Shown: positions 40,859 through 49,904, numbered from the stretch's first letter. The stretch: 64,000 nucleotides of DNA from Acidimicrobiia bacterium (GCA_022819825.1 JAJEGM010000053.1:3722-67721), one strand, 5' to 3'. Numbers and translations: made by a program. Notes: a model not told the origin generated them from the sequence alone.

Positions 40859-40889
40859 GGCCAGCGGGATCCCCCCTCTCCCGCTGGCC
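40859..40889 (+). terminator. katG intrinsic-terminator-like hairpin
   Basis: Perfect 11-bp stem GGCCAGCGGGA / TCCCGCTGGCC with a 9-nt loop TCCCCCCTC, 19 nt after the katG stop. No U-tract, as is common in high-GC actinobacteria. Confidence 0.6.
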
Positions 40890-40978
40890 GGCAGCTCCGT
40901 AAGCTGGCTGGCAATCTCATAGAGCCCTTGGCACCCAGCGCGATAGGGTGCCCTCTGCGCCGGTTGCCCGGCGTCCAC

Positions 40979-41063
40979 GTCGGAGTGGCGGAATTGGCAG
41001 ACGCGCTAGCTTGAGGGGCTAGTGCCCAATACGGGCGTGGGGGTTCAAGTCCCCCCTCCGACA
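40979..41063 (+). tRNA. tRNA-Leu (anticodon GAG), class II with long variable arm
   Basis: Acceptor GTCGGAG/CTCCGAC. Anticodon stem CTAGC/GCTAG with loop TTGAGGG (U33, GAG). Variable arm GCCC-AATAC-GGGC. T arm GGGGG-TTCAAGT-CCCCC. Discriminator A; CCA not encoded. Confidence 0.9.
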
Positions 41064-41155
41064 CACAGAGGACCGTATTTCCTGGTCAGCGGGATATAGA
41101 GAGTTTTGGTGTCACCATTGCTGCCTGAAGACGACCAGTTGCCTGGCTCGGGCGG

Positions 41156-42343
41156 TCATCGGCGAAAGCGGGCGAGGGCGGCTCGGCGTCGTCGGGCGAG
41201 CGCGGCAGACCGTGCTTCGATCGTCAGCACGGTCTCGGATTCGGGCATTGCGGCAGGGAGGTCTTCGGCTGCGAGCAGGCGGGCAACGGGTTTGGGTATC
41301 ACGTTGGCTTGATTCCACCGGAAGAGGATTTGGCCCTGGGTGCAGCCGCCGAGATCGAGCCAGTTGTTGTAGCCGGGGTCGGCCTCGCACACGACTACGC
41401 GGAGGATGCCGTTGTCGAGCACCGCTTGTCCGGCGTCGAGGCTGGATTGCCGGTTGACCCAGTCGGTGGACTGTCCCCAGATGTCACCGAGTTGCACATT
41501 CCAGTAGACGCACTCGGGGATCTCCACTTCGATGAGGAGCGCTTCTCCCGGGGCAATGGCGTACCAGCATTCGGCATACGCCTGATCGGTCGCTCCGCCC
41601 AATGATCCGACATCTTCGGGTGGGGTCGGCTCGATGTGTTCGAACGAGTTGACCTCCCCCCGGGCAATGTGCTCCCGGTAGTAGCGGTTCCAGAACGGAG
41701 GAACACGGTTCACCTCGGCGGCTACGGAGAGCAATTTGGAGGCCAGTTGCTCAGGGGTGATCCGAGATTCCGGTGGATCTTCGGAGAGGCATCGCAACGA
41801 CAGGGCTGCCAGCGACTCGCTCTCCCAGTCCGAGAAAAACTGACGCACAAGCAGGGACGTGCGCTTGGCAGGGAGCTCAAACCACGGATGGCCGGTGGTC
41901 CCCGGATCGGGTCGCGAGCTCAGCGTCACCGTGAAGTCGCCGTTCTCGTCGGCACCGAGCTCGGAGACGTGGATATTCCTCACGAACTCGAAATCGCCCG
42001 TGCCCCACTTCATGCTCATCAAGGCGATGCCGAGGTACGCCACCGACCCGATGTTGCCGGAAAACTCGTAGTCGTGGACCAGGTCGATCGGGGCGGACTG
42101 ATAGAGCGCATCAGGATTGTCGAGTCCCATCTTCGACGGATGGAACCACGCGAGTTCCGGGAGCCTTGGGTCGGCGTTCTCGAACGTCGCCAAGCACGCC
42201 TTGACCAGCGACCGCACGACGTGGCGAACTCCCTCGGCCTCGTCGATGGGGGACTCGGTCACCTGATCGTCGGCGAAGATGTAATCGACCGATCCCTTCA
42301 GCTCCTCGCAGAAGTCGATCCAAGCCTGCTGCATTTGAGACAT
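41156..42343 (-). CDS. Conserved hypothetical, DUF1214-like paralog of 11389..12573
   Basis: 395 aa, collinear by-eye similarity of about one third to the other copy along the full length. Confidence 0.6.
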   Translation of the reverse strand: MSQMQQAWIDFCEELKGSVDYIFADDQVTESPIDEAEGVRHVVRSLVKACLATFENADPRLPELAWFHPSKMGLDNPDALYQSAPIDLVHDYEFSGNIGSVAYLGIALMSMKWGTGDFEFVRNIHVSELGADENGDFTVTLSSRPDPGTTGHPWFELPAKRTSLLVRQFFSDWESESLAALSLRCLSEDPPESRITPEQLASKLLSVAAEVNRVPPFWNRYYREHIARGEVNSFEHIEPTPPEDVGSLGGATDQAYAECWYAIAPGEALLIEVEIPECVYWNVQLGDIWGQSTDWVNRQSSLDAGQAVLDNGILRVVVCEADPGYNNWLDLGGCTQGQILFRWNQANVIPKPVARLLAAEDLPAAMPESETVLTIEARSAALARRRRAALARFRR

Positions 42344-42433
42344 GTCGGAACGGTACTCAACCGAAGCAACAGACCAGCTTCGGTCCCAGAAGGGAAAGAC
42401 GCAATGCGCTCAGCAATTTCGGTTTAGGGTCAG

Positions 42434-43621
42434 TTGATGCTTGACGATCACCGTGAGGCTGAGGGACGAATTGCTTGGACCCGGCGACATATGCCGATTC
42501 TGGTTGAGACGCTCGGGGAATTCGCGCAGAAGCGGCCCTTCGACGGGATCACGTTGGGGTTCCGCCTCCATCTGGAGCCCAAGACCGCGGTTCTGATTGA
42601 AGCGCTGATGGCAGGCGGTGCCCGTGTCATTGCGATGGGCAACGAGGGCACTACACAGTTCGGGACCGCCGAAGTGTTGAGCGACATCGGTTGCGAGGTT
42701 CTTGATCGGACGGGTCAGGGGTCAGAGGCAACCGCAGCCAACCTCGCCCAGATCGCGTCGGCGGAGCCCCAGTTGATTTTGGACAACGGAGCGGAACTCA
42801 TCGTGGCCTGTCTTCGCAACTCGCGCGTGCCACTGGGGGCTACCGAGGAGACCACCTCGGGGGCGTTCCGGATGAGGGAGGAGCACGCTGGCGAGGTCGG
42901 TTTTCCCGTCATCGTGATCAACGACAGTCCTCTAAAGGCGATCGTGGAGAACAAGCACGGCGTTGGTGAGTCTGTCGTCGACACGATTGGGCGCGTGACC
43001 AATATGTCTTTCCACAAAAAGCGCGTCGCGGTGTACGGATATGGCTGGTGCGGTCGCGGTATCGCCCTTTATGCCGAACACCGGGGCGCCGACGTCACCG
43101 TGCTCGAACTCGATCCGACCAAGGCGCTCGAGGCCGCGATGGATGGGTTCGATGTCGCCGATGCGTCACACGTGCCGGTCGATGCCAACGTGGTCATCAC
43201 CGCAACGGGCCGGGCTGGTGTGGTTGACCTCGCTGCGATCCAGCAGCTGCGTGACGGCGTGCTGTTGGCGAACGCCGGTCATATCGACACCGAGATAGAC
43301 GTTGAGGCCCTGGAGCAGATTGCGCCCGGAGTCGAACTGTCCCAATCGCTGGCTCGTCACGAGCTCCCAAACGGCAAGACGGTGTTTTGCATCGCTGATG
43401 GCAAGATCGTCAACCTTGCCGCCTATGGAGGAATCGGCAACCCAATCGAGGCCATGGATCTAGGCCTGACCCTCCAAGCACGATCGCTCGCCGCACTCGT
43501 CGCACCGGACTGCGGACTCGAAGCTGGTCCCCAACCTGTTCCCGCGGCGGTCAACGATCAGATTGCAACTGCGATGTTGCGCAGCATGGGTCAACCGTTT
43601 CGACCTGTCGACGCCCACTGA
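42434..43621 (+). CDS. Adenosylhomocysteinase-family protein (short, divergent)
   Basis: EGRIAWTRRHMPIL, HLEPKTAVLIEALMAGGARV, TEETTSGAFRM, INDSPLKAIVENKHG and NAD motif VYGYGWCGRG. The segment aligning with canonical SCNxxSTQD reads AMGNEGTTQF. Confidence 0.7.
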   Translation: MMLDDHREAEGRIAWTRRHMPILVETLGEFAQKRPFDGITLGFRLHLEPKTAVLIEALMAGGARVIAMGNEGTTQFGTAEVLSDIGCEVLDRTGQGSEATAANLAQIASAEPQLILDNGAELIVACLRNSRVPLGATEETTSGAFRMREEHAGEVGFPVIVINDSPLKAIVENKHGVGESVVDTIGRVTNMSFHKKRVAVYGYGWCGRGIALYAEHRGADVTVLELDPTKALEAAMDGFDVADASHVPVDANVVITATGRAGVVDLAAIQQLRDGVLLANAGHIDTEIDVEALEQIAPGVELSQSLARHELPNGKTVFCIADGKIVNLAAYGGIGNPIEAMDLGLTLQARSLAALVAPDCGLEAGPQPVPAAVNDQIATAMLRSMGQPFRPVDAH

Positions 43622-43756
43622 CACACCGAGCATTCCATGGTCTCGCCGACCACCCAGTCGACTGCCCTAGATCGATGGGGGGCGCGTCCCAATGCCAGAC
43701 GAGACGTCCCCGGGCACCCACGCTGGAACGCTCATTTGCGCTGGACCAGAGAAGGA

Positions 43757-44077
43757 TCACGCGAGTGGGGGCGGGGAGAGGTGGGCGGGGATGTCTCGTC
43801 GGGCGTGCAGGATGCGCCAGATGTCGATGTGATTGTCGGTGGCCACGTAGAAGATGAGGTAGGGGAATTTCTGGAGGGGCCAGTTCCGAAGCTCTGGGAT
43901 CTCTAGTTCAAATGCGAATCGGAGCGACCCGGTGAATGGGTGCTGCTGAAGGTGGTTTATCGCGGCTTCTAGCGCGTCCACGAAATTGAGTGCGGTGTCA
44001 GGACCGGCTTCCTCGCGGTAGTAGGCCACCGCGGCTTCGGCGTCGTTGGCCGCGAGGGCGCGGAGGTGGACTTGCAC
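43757..44077 (-). CDS. parE: ParE/RelE family toxin
   Basis: AEAAVAYYREEAGPDTALNFVDALEAAINHLQQHPFTG...YLIFYVATDNHIDIWRILHARRDIP. GTG start 3 nt after the parD stop. Confidence 0.8.
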   Translation of the reverse strand: MQVHLRALAANDAEAAVAYYREEAGPDTALNFVDALEAAINHLQQHPFTGSLRFAFELEIPELRNWPLQKFPYLIFYVATDNHIDIWRILHARRDIPAHLSPPPLA

Positions 44078-44080
44078 GGG

Positions 44081-44314
44081 CTAGGTGTTGGCCTGTGCTT
44101 GGTCTCGGAGTGATTCGAAGTAGGTAGGGTCGGCTTCGGTGGTGATGGGGGAGCGGGCACCATCGAGGAGCGCGTCTCGAAGTTGGCCGCGGTCGTAGTC
44201 GTGGCGGATCAGATCTCGTATGTACTCGCTGGTCGATCCATAGTTGCCATGGCTGACCTGAGAATCGACAAAGCTCTTGAGATCGTCGGGAAGCGACACA
44301 TTCATCGTGGCCAT
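44081..44314 (-). CDS. parD: ParD-type antitoxin
   Basis: MNVSLPDDLKSFVDSQVSHGNYGSTSEYIRDLIRHD is the ParD/CopG-like signature. Start at ATG 44314 or 44305. Confidence 0.8.
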   Translation of the reverse strand: MATMNVSLPDDLKSFVDSQVSHGNYGSTSEYIRDLIRHDYDRGQLRDALLDGARSPITTEADPTYFESLRDQAQANT

Positions 44315-44435
44315 TTCCCAAGAGTCTAGCATTTTGGCAATCTTTGCCAAAGCATGCGTGTTCATATGAGGGGTGGCTGCTACAGGAAGCGGCTTCCGCG
44401 GTTGGTTATGTATTCAAAGTTGCTAACATTTCTGC

Positions 44436-44630
44436 ATGCAAAGCACTAGCGTGCGGATCGACATCGCTACGCACCGCGAGTTGAAGGAACTGGCCGCTTC
44501 CCTGGGCACCACGGTGGGCGACACAGTTGCCATCGCGGTGCGGCGGTTGCGCCAAGACAAGATCGGAGCTGAGTTGCACGGTGAACTCACTATTGAAGAG
44601 GTCAGTTGGCTCGATGCTGACCTCGGGTGA
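44436..44630 (+). CDS. Ribbon-helix-helix antitoxin (MazE-like partner of the MazF toxin)
   Basis: 64 aa, SVRIDIATHRELKELAASLGTTVGDTVAIAVRRL. Overlaps the toxin start by 17 bp. Confidence 0.7.
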   Translation: MQSTSVRIDIATHRELKELAASLGTTVGDTVAIAVRRLRQDKIGAELHGELTIEEVSWLDADLG

Positions 44631-44958
44631 TGTCGTTGACTTAGATCTGGGGGCACCTGAGGGACGAGAAGCTGGGTTTCGGCATCCCGCAGTTGTGGTG
44701 ACCGCCCAGCGAGTGCTTGATGCTGGGCCGAGTATTGTCCAGGTGGTTCCGCTTACGACAGTCCTTCGAAAGTTTGCATCAGAGGTGGAGTTTGAAGCCG
44801 ATTTCGAGAATGGGCTGGACCATGCGTCAGCCGCCCAGTGTCAGCACATCCGCGCCGTTGCTGCTAGCCGCATCGAAAACACTAGGGGCAATGTCGGCGG
44901 TACAGTGCTCAACCAGGTCCGGGAAGTGCTCGGCATCATCCTAGATCTGCCCGGGTAG
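44614..44958 (+). CDS. mazF: MazF/PemK family endoribonuclease toxin
   Basis: GDVVDLDLGAPEGREAGFRHPAVVVT...IVQVVPLTT...QCQHIRAVAASRI fits the MazF/PemK pattern. Start at ATG 44614. Confidence 0.78.
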   Translation: MLTSGDVVDLDLGAPEGREAGFRHPAVVVTAQRVLDAGPSIVQVVPLTTVLRKFASEVEFEADFENGLDHASAAQCQHIRAVAASRIENTRGNVGGTVLNQVREVLGIILDLPG

Positions 44959-45023
44959 ACCTCGAGCTCCACGGATTTGGAATCAGAGGAGCCTCGCCTG
45001 ACGCCTGGTGGCGTTGGTCGCGG

Positions 45024-46532
45024 TCACTCGGTGATTGGCTGCGATGTGGGGGTTCCGCTTACTCGGTGGTCGGCCACCGTTTGATCCAAGGCCTTCGACA
45101 TTTGTGTCACGAGATCGCGTTCGGTGCCATAGCGGTTGTCGCGCTCGGGGAGGTCGTGCACGAGGTTGAACAGCTCCCCGGGATGATTGTGGGCCACGTA
45201 GCCGCGCTCGGAGCGGTACCAGTCGGGTTCTTCCCTCTCGCTCCCGCTCGGCGCGTCCACAAATAGCCACGGTCCTTGGCGCAGGGCGAACCGGCCATCG
45301 CCGCCGTGAAGCACCAGAGAGGTGCGCCCTCCTTCTTGGCCGCGCAGTACCGGAAGCATTGATTCGCTGTCGAGCTCGCCGAAGTCTTCCAGGGACGAGT
45401 TGAGAACATCGGCGCAGGTGGCGAGCAAGTCTGAAAGCGACACCAGGGCGTCCGAAGTCGAGCCTTCGGGAATGACCCCGGGCCAAGAAGCGAGAAAAGG
45501 CACCCGGTGTCCGCCCTCCCACACGTCGCGTTTGACTCCCCGCAAGGGTCCCATGCTGTAGTGCTGCGTTCGGCGAGCGCGAGCGAAGGCGCCTTCATCG
45601 TCGGCGACTTCGAGCTCGGGTCCGTTGTCGCTCGTGAATACCACCAGGGTGTTCTCAGTGCAGCCCGCGTGGTCGAGCGCAGCCGTAATCTCGCCTACTA
45701 CCCAATCGACTTCGCAAACGAAGTCTCCATAGGCCCCAATCCCGCTGCGTCCCTCGAACTGCTCATTCGGGACAACCGGTGAGTGGGGGCTGGTCAGCGG
45801 GAAGTAAAGGAAGAAGGGCTGTCTGCTCGCAGCGGCCTCGGAGATGAAAGCGACCGCACGCTTGGTGCATTCAGGGACGATGTTGCGAGGTTCCCAACTG
45901 GCCACCGCCCGGCCGTCATGACCGTAGACGTGGGCCGGCTTTGGTTCGGTCGGCGCTTCGACGACCCGGTCGTCCTCAAACCAGGTATAGGGGGCGAAGT
46001 TGGGCACGTCCACACCGAAATAGGAGTCAAACCCGTGGTCGGTGGGCCCGCCGCCGATGGGGCGGGTGTAGTCGATATTGTCTTCGTAGACGGTGCGCTT
46101 TGGGTCGCAGTAGGCACCGTAGGGGAGTGTGTCGTTGGGTCGGGTTCCGTCCTTGGTCGGCCAGTCCCACCCAAGGTGCCATTTCCCAATGCAGGCTGTC
46201 CGGTAGCCGTGCTCCTGGAGCAGCGTTGCCACGGTCTGTTGCCCGGGTTCGATGAGCGGCGCATCCCAGTGCCAGACGATGCCTCTCCTCAGCCGTGTCC
46301 TCCAGGCATAGCGACCGGTGAGGATGCTGTATCGGCTGGGACTGCACACCGCCGAAGTGGCGTGGGCATCGCGAAATCTCTTGCCCCGCTGGGCGAGGGC
46401 ATCGATATTTGGGGTCGGGATTCTGCCCCCGGTCTCGTTGCAGCCCACGTCTCCATAGCCGAGGTCGTCGGCGAGGATGTAGACGATGTTCGGGCGCTTC
46501 ACCTGGCCTAGCAACCTACTTTGATTTCCCAA
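45024..46532 (-). CDS. Arylsulfatase (Cys-type, formylglycine-dependent), no signal peptide
   Basis: RPNIVYILADDLGYGD and the CSPSRYSILTGR (CxPxR) motif. TTG start at 46532 or GTG at 46502. No hydrophobic leader. Confidence 0.88.
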   Translation of the reverse strand: MGNQSRLLGQVKRPNIVYILADDLGYGDVGCNETGGRIPTPNIDALAQRGKRFRDAHATSAVCSPSRYSILTGRYAWRTRLRRGIVWHWDAPLIEPGQQTVATLLQEHGYRTACIGKWHLGWDWPTKDGTRPNDTLPYGAYCDPKRTVYEDNIDYTRPIGGGPTDHGFDSYFGVDVPNFAPYTWFEDDRVVEAPTEPKPAHVYGHDGRAVASWEPRNIVPECTKRAVAFISEAAASRQPFFLYFPLTSPHSPVVPNEQFEGRSGIGAYGDFVCEVDWVVGEITAALDHAGCTENTLVVFTSDNGPELEVADDEGAFARARRTQHYSMGPLRGVKRDVWEGGHRVPFLASWPGVIPEGSTSDALVSLSDLLATCADVLNSSLEDFGELDSESMLPVLRGQEGGRTSLVLHGGDGRFALRQGPWLFVDAPSGSEREEPDWYRSERGYVAHNHPGELFNLVHDLPERDNRYGTERDLVTQMSKALDQTVADHRVSGTPTSQPITE

Positions 46533-46596
46533 CGAACGAACGGCGGGTCATCGACGGGGCGTTAAGCAGGCCTTCGGTGCTCTGCTACTGGCTTGT

Positions 46597-48213
46597 TCAA
46601 AATGCGTTGGTGGGGAGGGGGTCGATGGCCAGCTCAATGACTGCGGGGCGGTCTTCGGCAATCATGTCCCGGATTGCGTGACGGAGGCCAGCTTCATCGG
46701 TTACGCGGGTGGCGGCGCAGCCGAATGATTCGGCATATTTCACCAGATCGGGATTGCGCAACTCGGTGCCGAGGAGCCTGCCGCCGTAGTTGAGCTCTTG
46801 GTCGAGGCGGGTGTTGCCGTAGCCGCTGTCGTTGACCACGATGTGGAGGGAGCCGATGTCGTATTGGACGGCGGTGGCCAGCTCGTTGCTGGCGAACAGG
46901 AAGCCTCCGTCGCCGCTGATTGACACGGCTGGGCGCTCGGGGGCGGCCAGCTTGGCGCCGAGGGTCATGTTCATGGCGAAGCCGAGGGTGCCCATGTACG
47001 AGGAAGTGAGATAGGAGCGCGGGTGCGCCACCGGCAGGTACATGTGGCACATGTAGCCCACCATGGTGGCGTCAACGGCCAGCACTGCGTCTTCGGGCAG
47101 GCTGTTGCTCAGGGCTTCGACGATTGCGGCTTGGGGACCGGCAGCGCGGTGGGCGGCATCGACCTGTCGGCGAGCCTCCTGCCACTCGCCGGAGCGGTCG
47201 GGGCTCGGATCGCTGATCTGGCGCAGCGCGCCGAGCAGGTCGGTTGCCCCGGCTTCGGCGTCGCCCACCAGGGCCACCTCGGGCCGGGTGAATCGGCCGA
47301 TCTCCGCGGGATCGACGTCGAGATGAATCAGTCGGCTGCTTTCGCCTAGCCCGACGCCCTGGAGACGGGTTCCCACGGCGAGCACCACATCAGCACTGGC
47401 GATGACCGGCGCGAGTCGCTCGTGGACGAACATGGCGCCGATTGCCGCTGGATTGCGGCCGTCGATCACGCCCTTGCCCTCGCGAGTGGAAATGGTCGCC
47501 GCTTGGAGGTGATGTTGCAGATCGCGCAGGACCTGTGCTGCACCATGGGCCCCACCGCCCACCACGATCAGGGGATGGTGTGCTTTGGCCAACAGCCTGG
47601 CGGCTTGCGAGACGAGATCGGGGTTTGGCCTCAGCGGCTCGCTGGCCACCGGGTCAATCACCGGGGCAGCAGTAGGCTCCCCCATGGTTTCGGGTGGGAT
47701 CTCGAGGTGGGCCGGGCGGGGACGGCCGCTGGTCATAACCGCGAAGGCCCGTCGAACAGCGGCGGGAAGTTGATCGGCGTCGGTGACTCGCTCAGCGTGC
47801 TTGGTGATCGGCCGGATTACGTCGAGCTGATCGTGTACCTCGTGGGGAAGGCTGTTACCGCGGCCGATCGCATCGCGGTTGATCTGTCCCGAAATCTGGA
47901 AGACCGGTGACGACGCGGCGTACGCCGTCGCCAAGCCCGCCCCCGCGTTGTACACGCCGGGGCCGGGCACGATCAGGGTTGTGCCCGGTTGTCCGCTCAC
48001 TCGGGCATAGCCATCGGCCATGTAGGCGGTGGCCTGTTCATGGCGGGCGGTGATGTAGCGGATCTTGTCGGCGCCGAGGTGGAACGAGTCGAGGATGGGC
48101 ATGAGCTGCACTCCGGGGATGCCGAACACCACCTCGACGCCTTCGCGCGCAAGCTGCCCGACGACCGCCGATCCGCCCGATCGTGTCGGCTGGGCCTCAA
48201 TTCGCTCGGTCAT
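46597..48213 (-). CDS. Thiamine-diphosphate-dependent enzyme (acetolactate synthase / benzoylformate decarboxylase-like)
   Basis: N-terminal VEVVFGIPGVQ...RHEQATAYMADGYAR and the ThDP motif GDGGFLFASNELATAVQYDIGSLHIVVNDSGYGN. Confidence 0.85.
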   Translation of the reverse strand: MTERIEAQPTRSGGSAVVGQLAREGVEVVFGIPGVQLMPILDSFHLGADKIRYITARHEQATAYMADGYARVSGQPGTTLIVPGPGVYNAGAGLATAYAASSPVFQISGQINRDAIGRGNSLPHEVHDQLDVIRPITKHAERVTDADQLPAAVRRAFAVMTSGRPRPAHLEIPPETMGEPTAAPVIDPVASEPLRPNPDLVSQAARLLAKAHHPLIVVGGGAHGAAQVLRDLQHHLQAATISTREGKGVIDGRNPAAIGAMFVHERLAPVIASADVVLAVGTRLQGVGLGESSRLIHLDVDPAEIGRFTRPEVALVGDAEAGATDLLGALRQISDPSPDRSGEWQEARRQVDAAHRAAGPQAAIVEALSNSLPEDAVLAVDATMVGYMCHMYLPVAHPRSYLTSSYMGTLGFAMNMTLGAKLAAPERPAVSISGDGGFLFASNELATAVQYDIGSLHIVVNDSGYGNTRLDQELNYGGRLLGTELRNPDLVKYAESFGCAATRVTDEAGLRHAIRDMIAEDRPAVIELAIDPLPTNAF

Positions 48214-48329
48214 AGTGCCTTCACCCTTACCGTTCCCGTGGCAGCGGCAACATAGCGCGTCTTTGCGACATCGCTTCCAGTTCCATCCGCTTTGCTGGAC
48301 TTCTCTGGTCTCGTACCGTAGGGTAGCGA

Positions 48330-48364
48330 TTGCGATATTCGCACAGATAGTGCAATAAACGCAC
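48330..48364. promoter_or_regulatory. Tandem 15-bp operator-like sites (KTGCR-N5-CRCAY) upstream of the ABC operon
   Basis: TTGCGATATTCGCAC (48330-48344) and GTGCAATAAACGCAC (48350-48364), 20 bp start to start. The second ends 16 nt before the SBP ATG. The same architecture recurs at 57834-57868. Confidence 0.6.
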
Positions 48365-48379
48365 AGAGGGAGGATTCTT

Positions 48380-49807
48380 ATGCCAAGTAGTAACAGCGAC
48401 CGTCAGCGTTCACCTGGGCGCCTTTGGCGCATTCTCGCAGTAGTCTTCGTTCTTGCCCTCGTCGCGGCCGGATGCGGCAATGACGACGATTCGAGTGGTG
48501 TGACCGATCCAACCCCGGAGGTGGCCAGCGGCGGTGCTGACGACAGTTCGGGCGACGCCTCGCCTGAGCCGGCGGATGATTCGGAGGAGGGGACCGCTGA
48601 TGCCCCGGCACCCGCCCCGACACCAGAGCTCTCTGGAACGATCGGCTTCATCAAGGGGCCGCATTCGGCGATGGAGGTCGAGTTCAACGAGCAGATCATT
48701 GCCGATTTCAATTCACAGGTCGCGCCCGACGTCAATGTCGAGTTCTCAACCTATGACTGGCCGGTACACGTCGCTGAGCTGACAACTCTGTTTGCCAGCG
48801 GTTCGCCGCCAGACGTCCAATATCTCGTCGATCTCATTTATCCGGCATTTGCAGAGCAAGGTGTTTTGCACGATATGACGGACTTTGTCAACGATCCGGA
48901 GTGGGCCGACGAGCGGGCCGACATCAGTCCCTTCGCCTGGGATCTGGCCGAGCAGCAAGGCGGCACGTGGGGTGTGCCCGTGCTCGGTGCTGTATACAAC
49001 ATCTTCATCAACGAAACCCTTCTGGAGGAGGCAGGCTTGCTTGACAGCTGGGATGACTCCTACGAGTCGATGCTTGCCGCGGCCGAGGAACTGACAACCG
49101 ATGATGTGTTCGGCTTTGCGGCGCGAACTTCGGCCGCCGACTTCGCCTGGTGGGATTGGTACCCCTACATCCACAATGCAGGCGGCGACGTGTTGTCCGA
49201 CGATTGGACTGAGTGCGGGTTGGTCGGCCAGGACGTGGTCGACGCCATGCAGTTCCTGATCGACATCCACACGGCTGGTGTCACCCCAGCAATCGGTTCG
49301 CTGGACAACCAGGGCCTGTTCGACCTGTTCGCCGCGGGGCGTGTGGCGATTTTGCATCATGAGACGCCGAACATCGTGTCGCTGAATGAGAACCCGCCGG
49401 GCTTCGAGTGGACGGTCGCGGCTGCACCCCCCGGGCCGCAGGGCCACACGGTGATGGGGAACTTCGGAATCTTGAGCATCGCAGAGGCCAGCAACAACAA
49501 GGACGCGGCATGGGAGTTCATCAAGCACTGGGCATCTGCTCCGCAGGTTGGAAGATTCGCGGAGCAGGTGAACCTGCAAGTTGTCCGCACCGACATCATC
49601 GGCGACCTGTTTGCCGAGAACCCGGCAATGAAGACCGTGCAATCCGAGCTTGTACCTCGTGTCCAAGGGCTTCAGCCGCATCCCCAAATCCTCGAAGCGC
49701 TGCAAGCCGCGTGGCCAGTGGCTGAGGATGCGTTCCGCGGAAACCTGACTGGCGAAGAAGCCATCGCTGGGATGTGTGCCGCGATCGACGGCGTGCTCGC
49801 CGGGTAG
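48380..49807 (+). CDS. ABC transporter substrate-binding lipoprotein (sugar/CUT1 type)
   Basis: Signal peptide with lipobox LVAAGCG, a Ser/Asp/Pro-rich tether, and a family-1 SBP body. GAGGGAGG Shine-Dalgarno. Confidence 0.88.
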   Translation: MPSSNSDRQRSPGRLWRILAVVFVLALVAAGCGNDDDSSGVTDPTPEVASGGADDSSGDASPEPADDSEEGTADAPAPAPTPELSGTIGFIKGPHSAMEVEFNEQIIADFNSQVAPDVNVEFSTYDWPVHVAELTTLFASGSPPDVQYLVDLIYPAFAEQGVLHDMTDFVNDPEWADERADISPFAWDLAEQQGGTWGVPVLGAVYNIFINETLLEEAGLLDSWDDSYESMLAAAEELTTDDVFGFAARTSAADFAWWDWYPYIHNAGGDVLSDDWTECGLVGQDVVDAMQFLIDIHTAGVTPAIGSLDNQGLFDLFAAGRVAILHHETPNIVSLNENPPGFEWTVAAAPPGPQGHTVMGNFGILSIAEASNNKDAAWEFIKHWASAPQVGRFAEQVNLQVVRTDIIGDLFAENPAMKTVQSELVPRVQGLQPHPQILEALQAAWPVAEDAFRGNLTGEEAIAGMCAAIDGVLAG

Positions 49808-49904
49808 CGGAAGGGCAGAAACCACGTTCGCATCAGGCCGCTGCGGCCTCCAGGACTTTCCCCTCCCCTCGGAGGCCATTGCAGCGGCCACTTGCGAACC
49901 CTTC

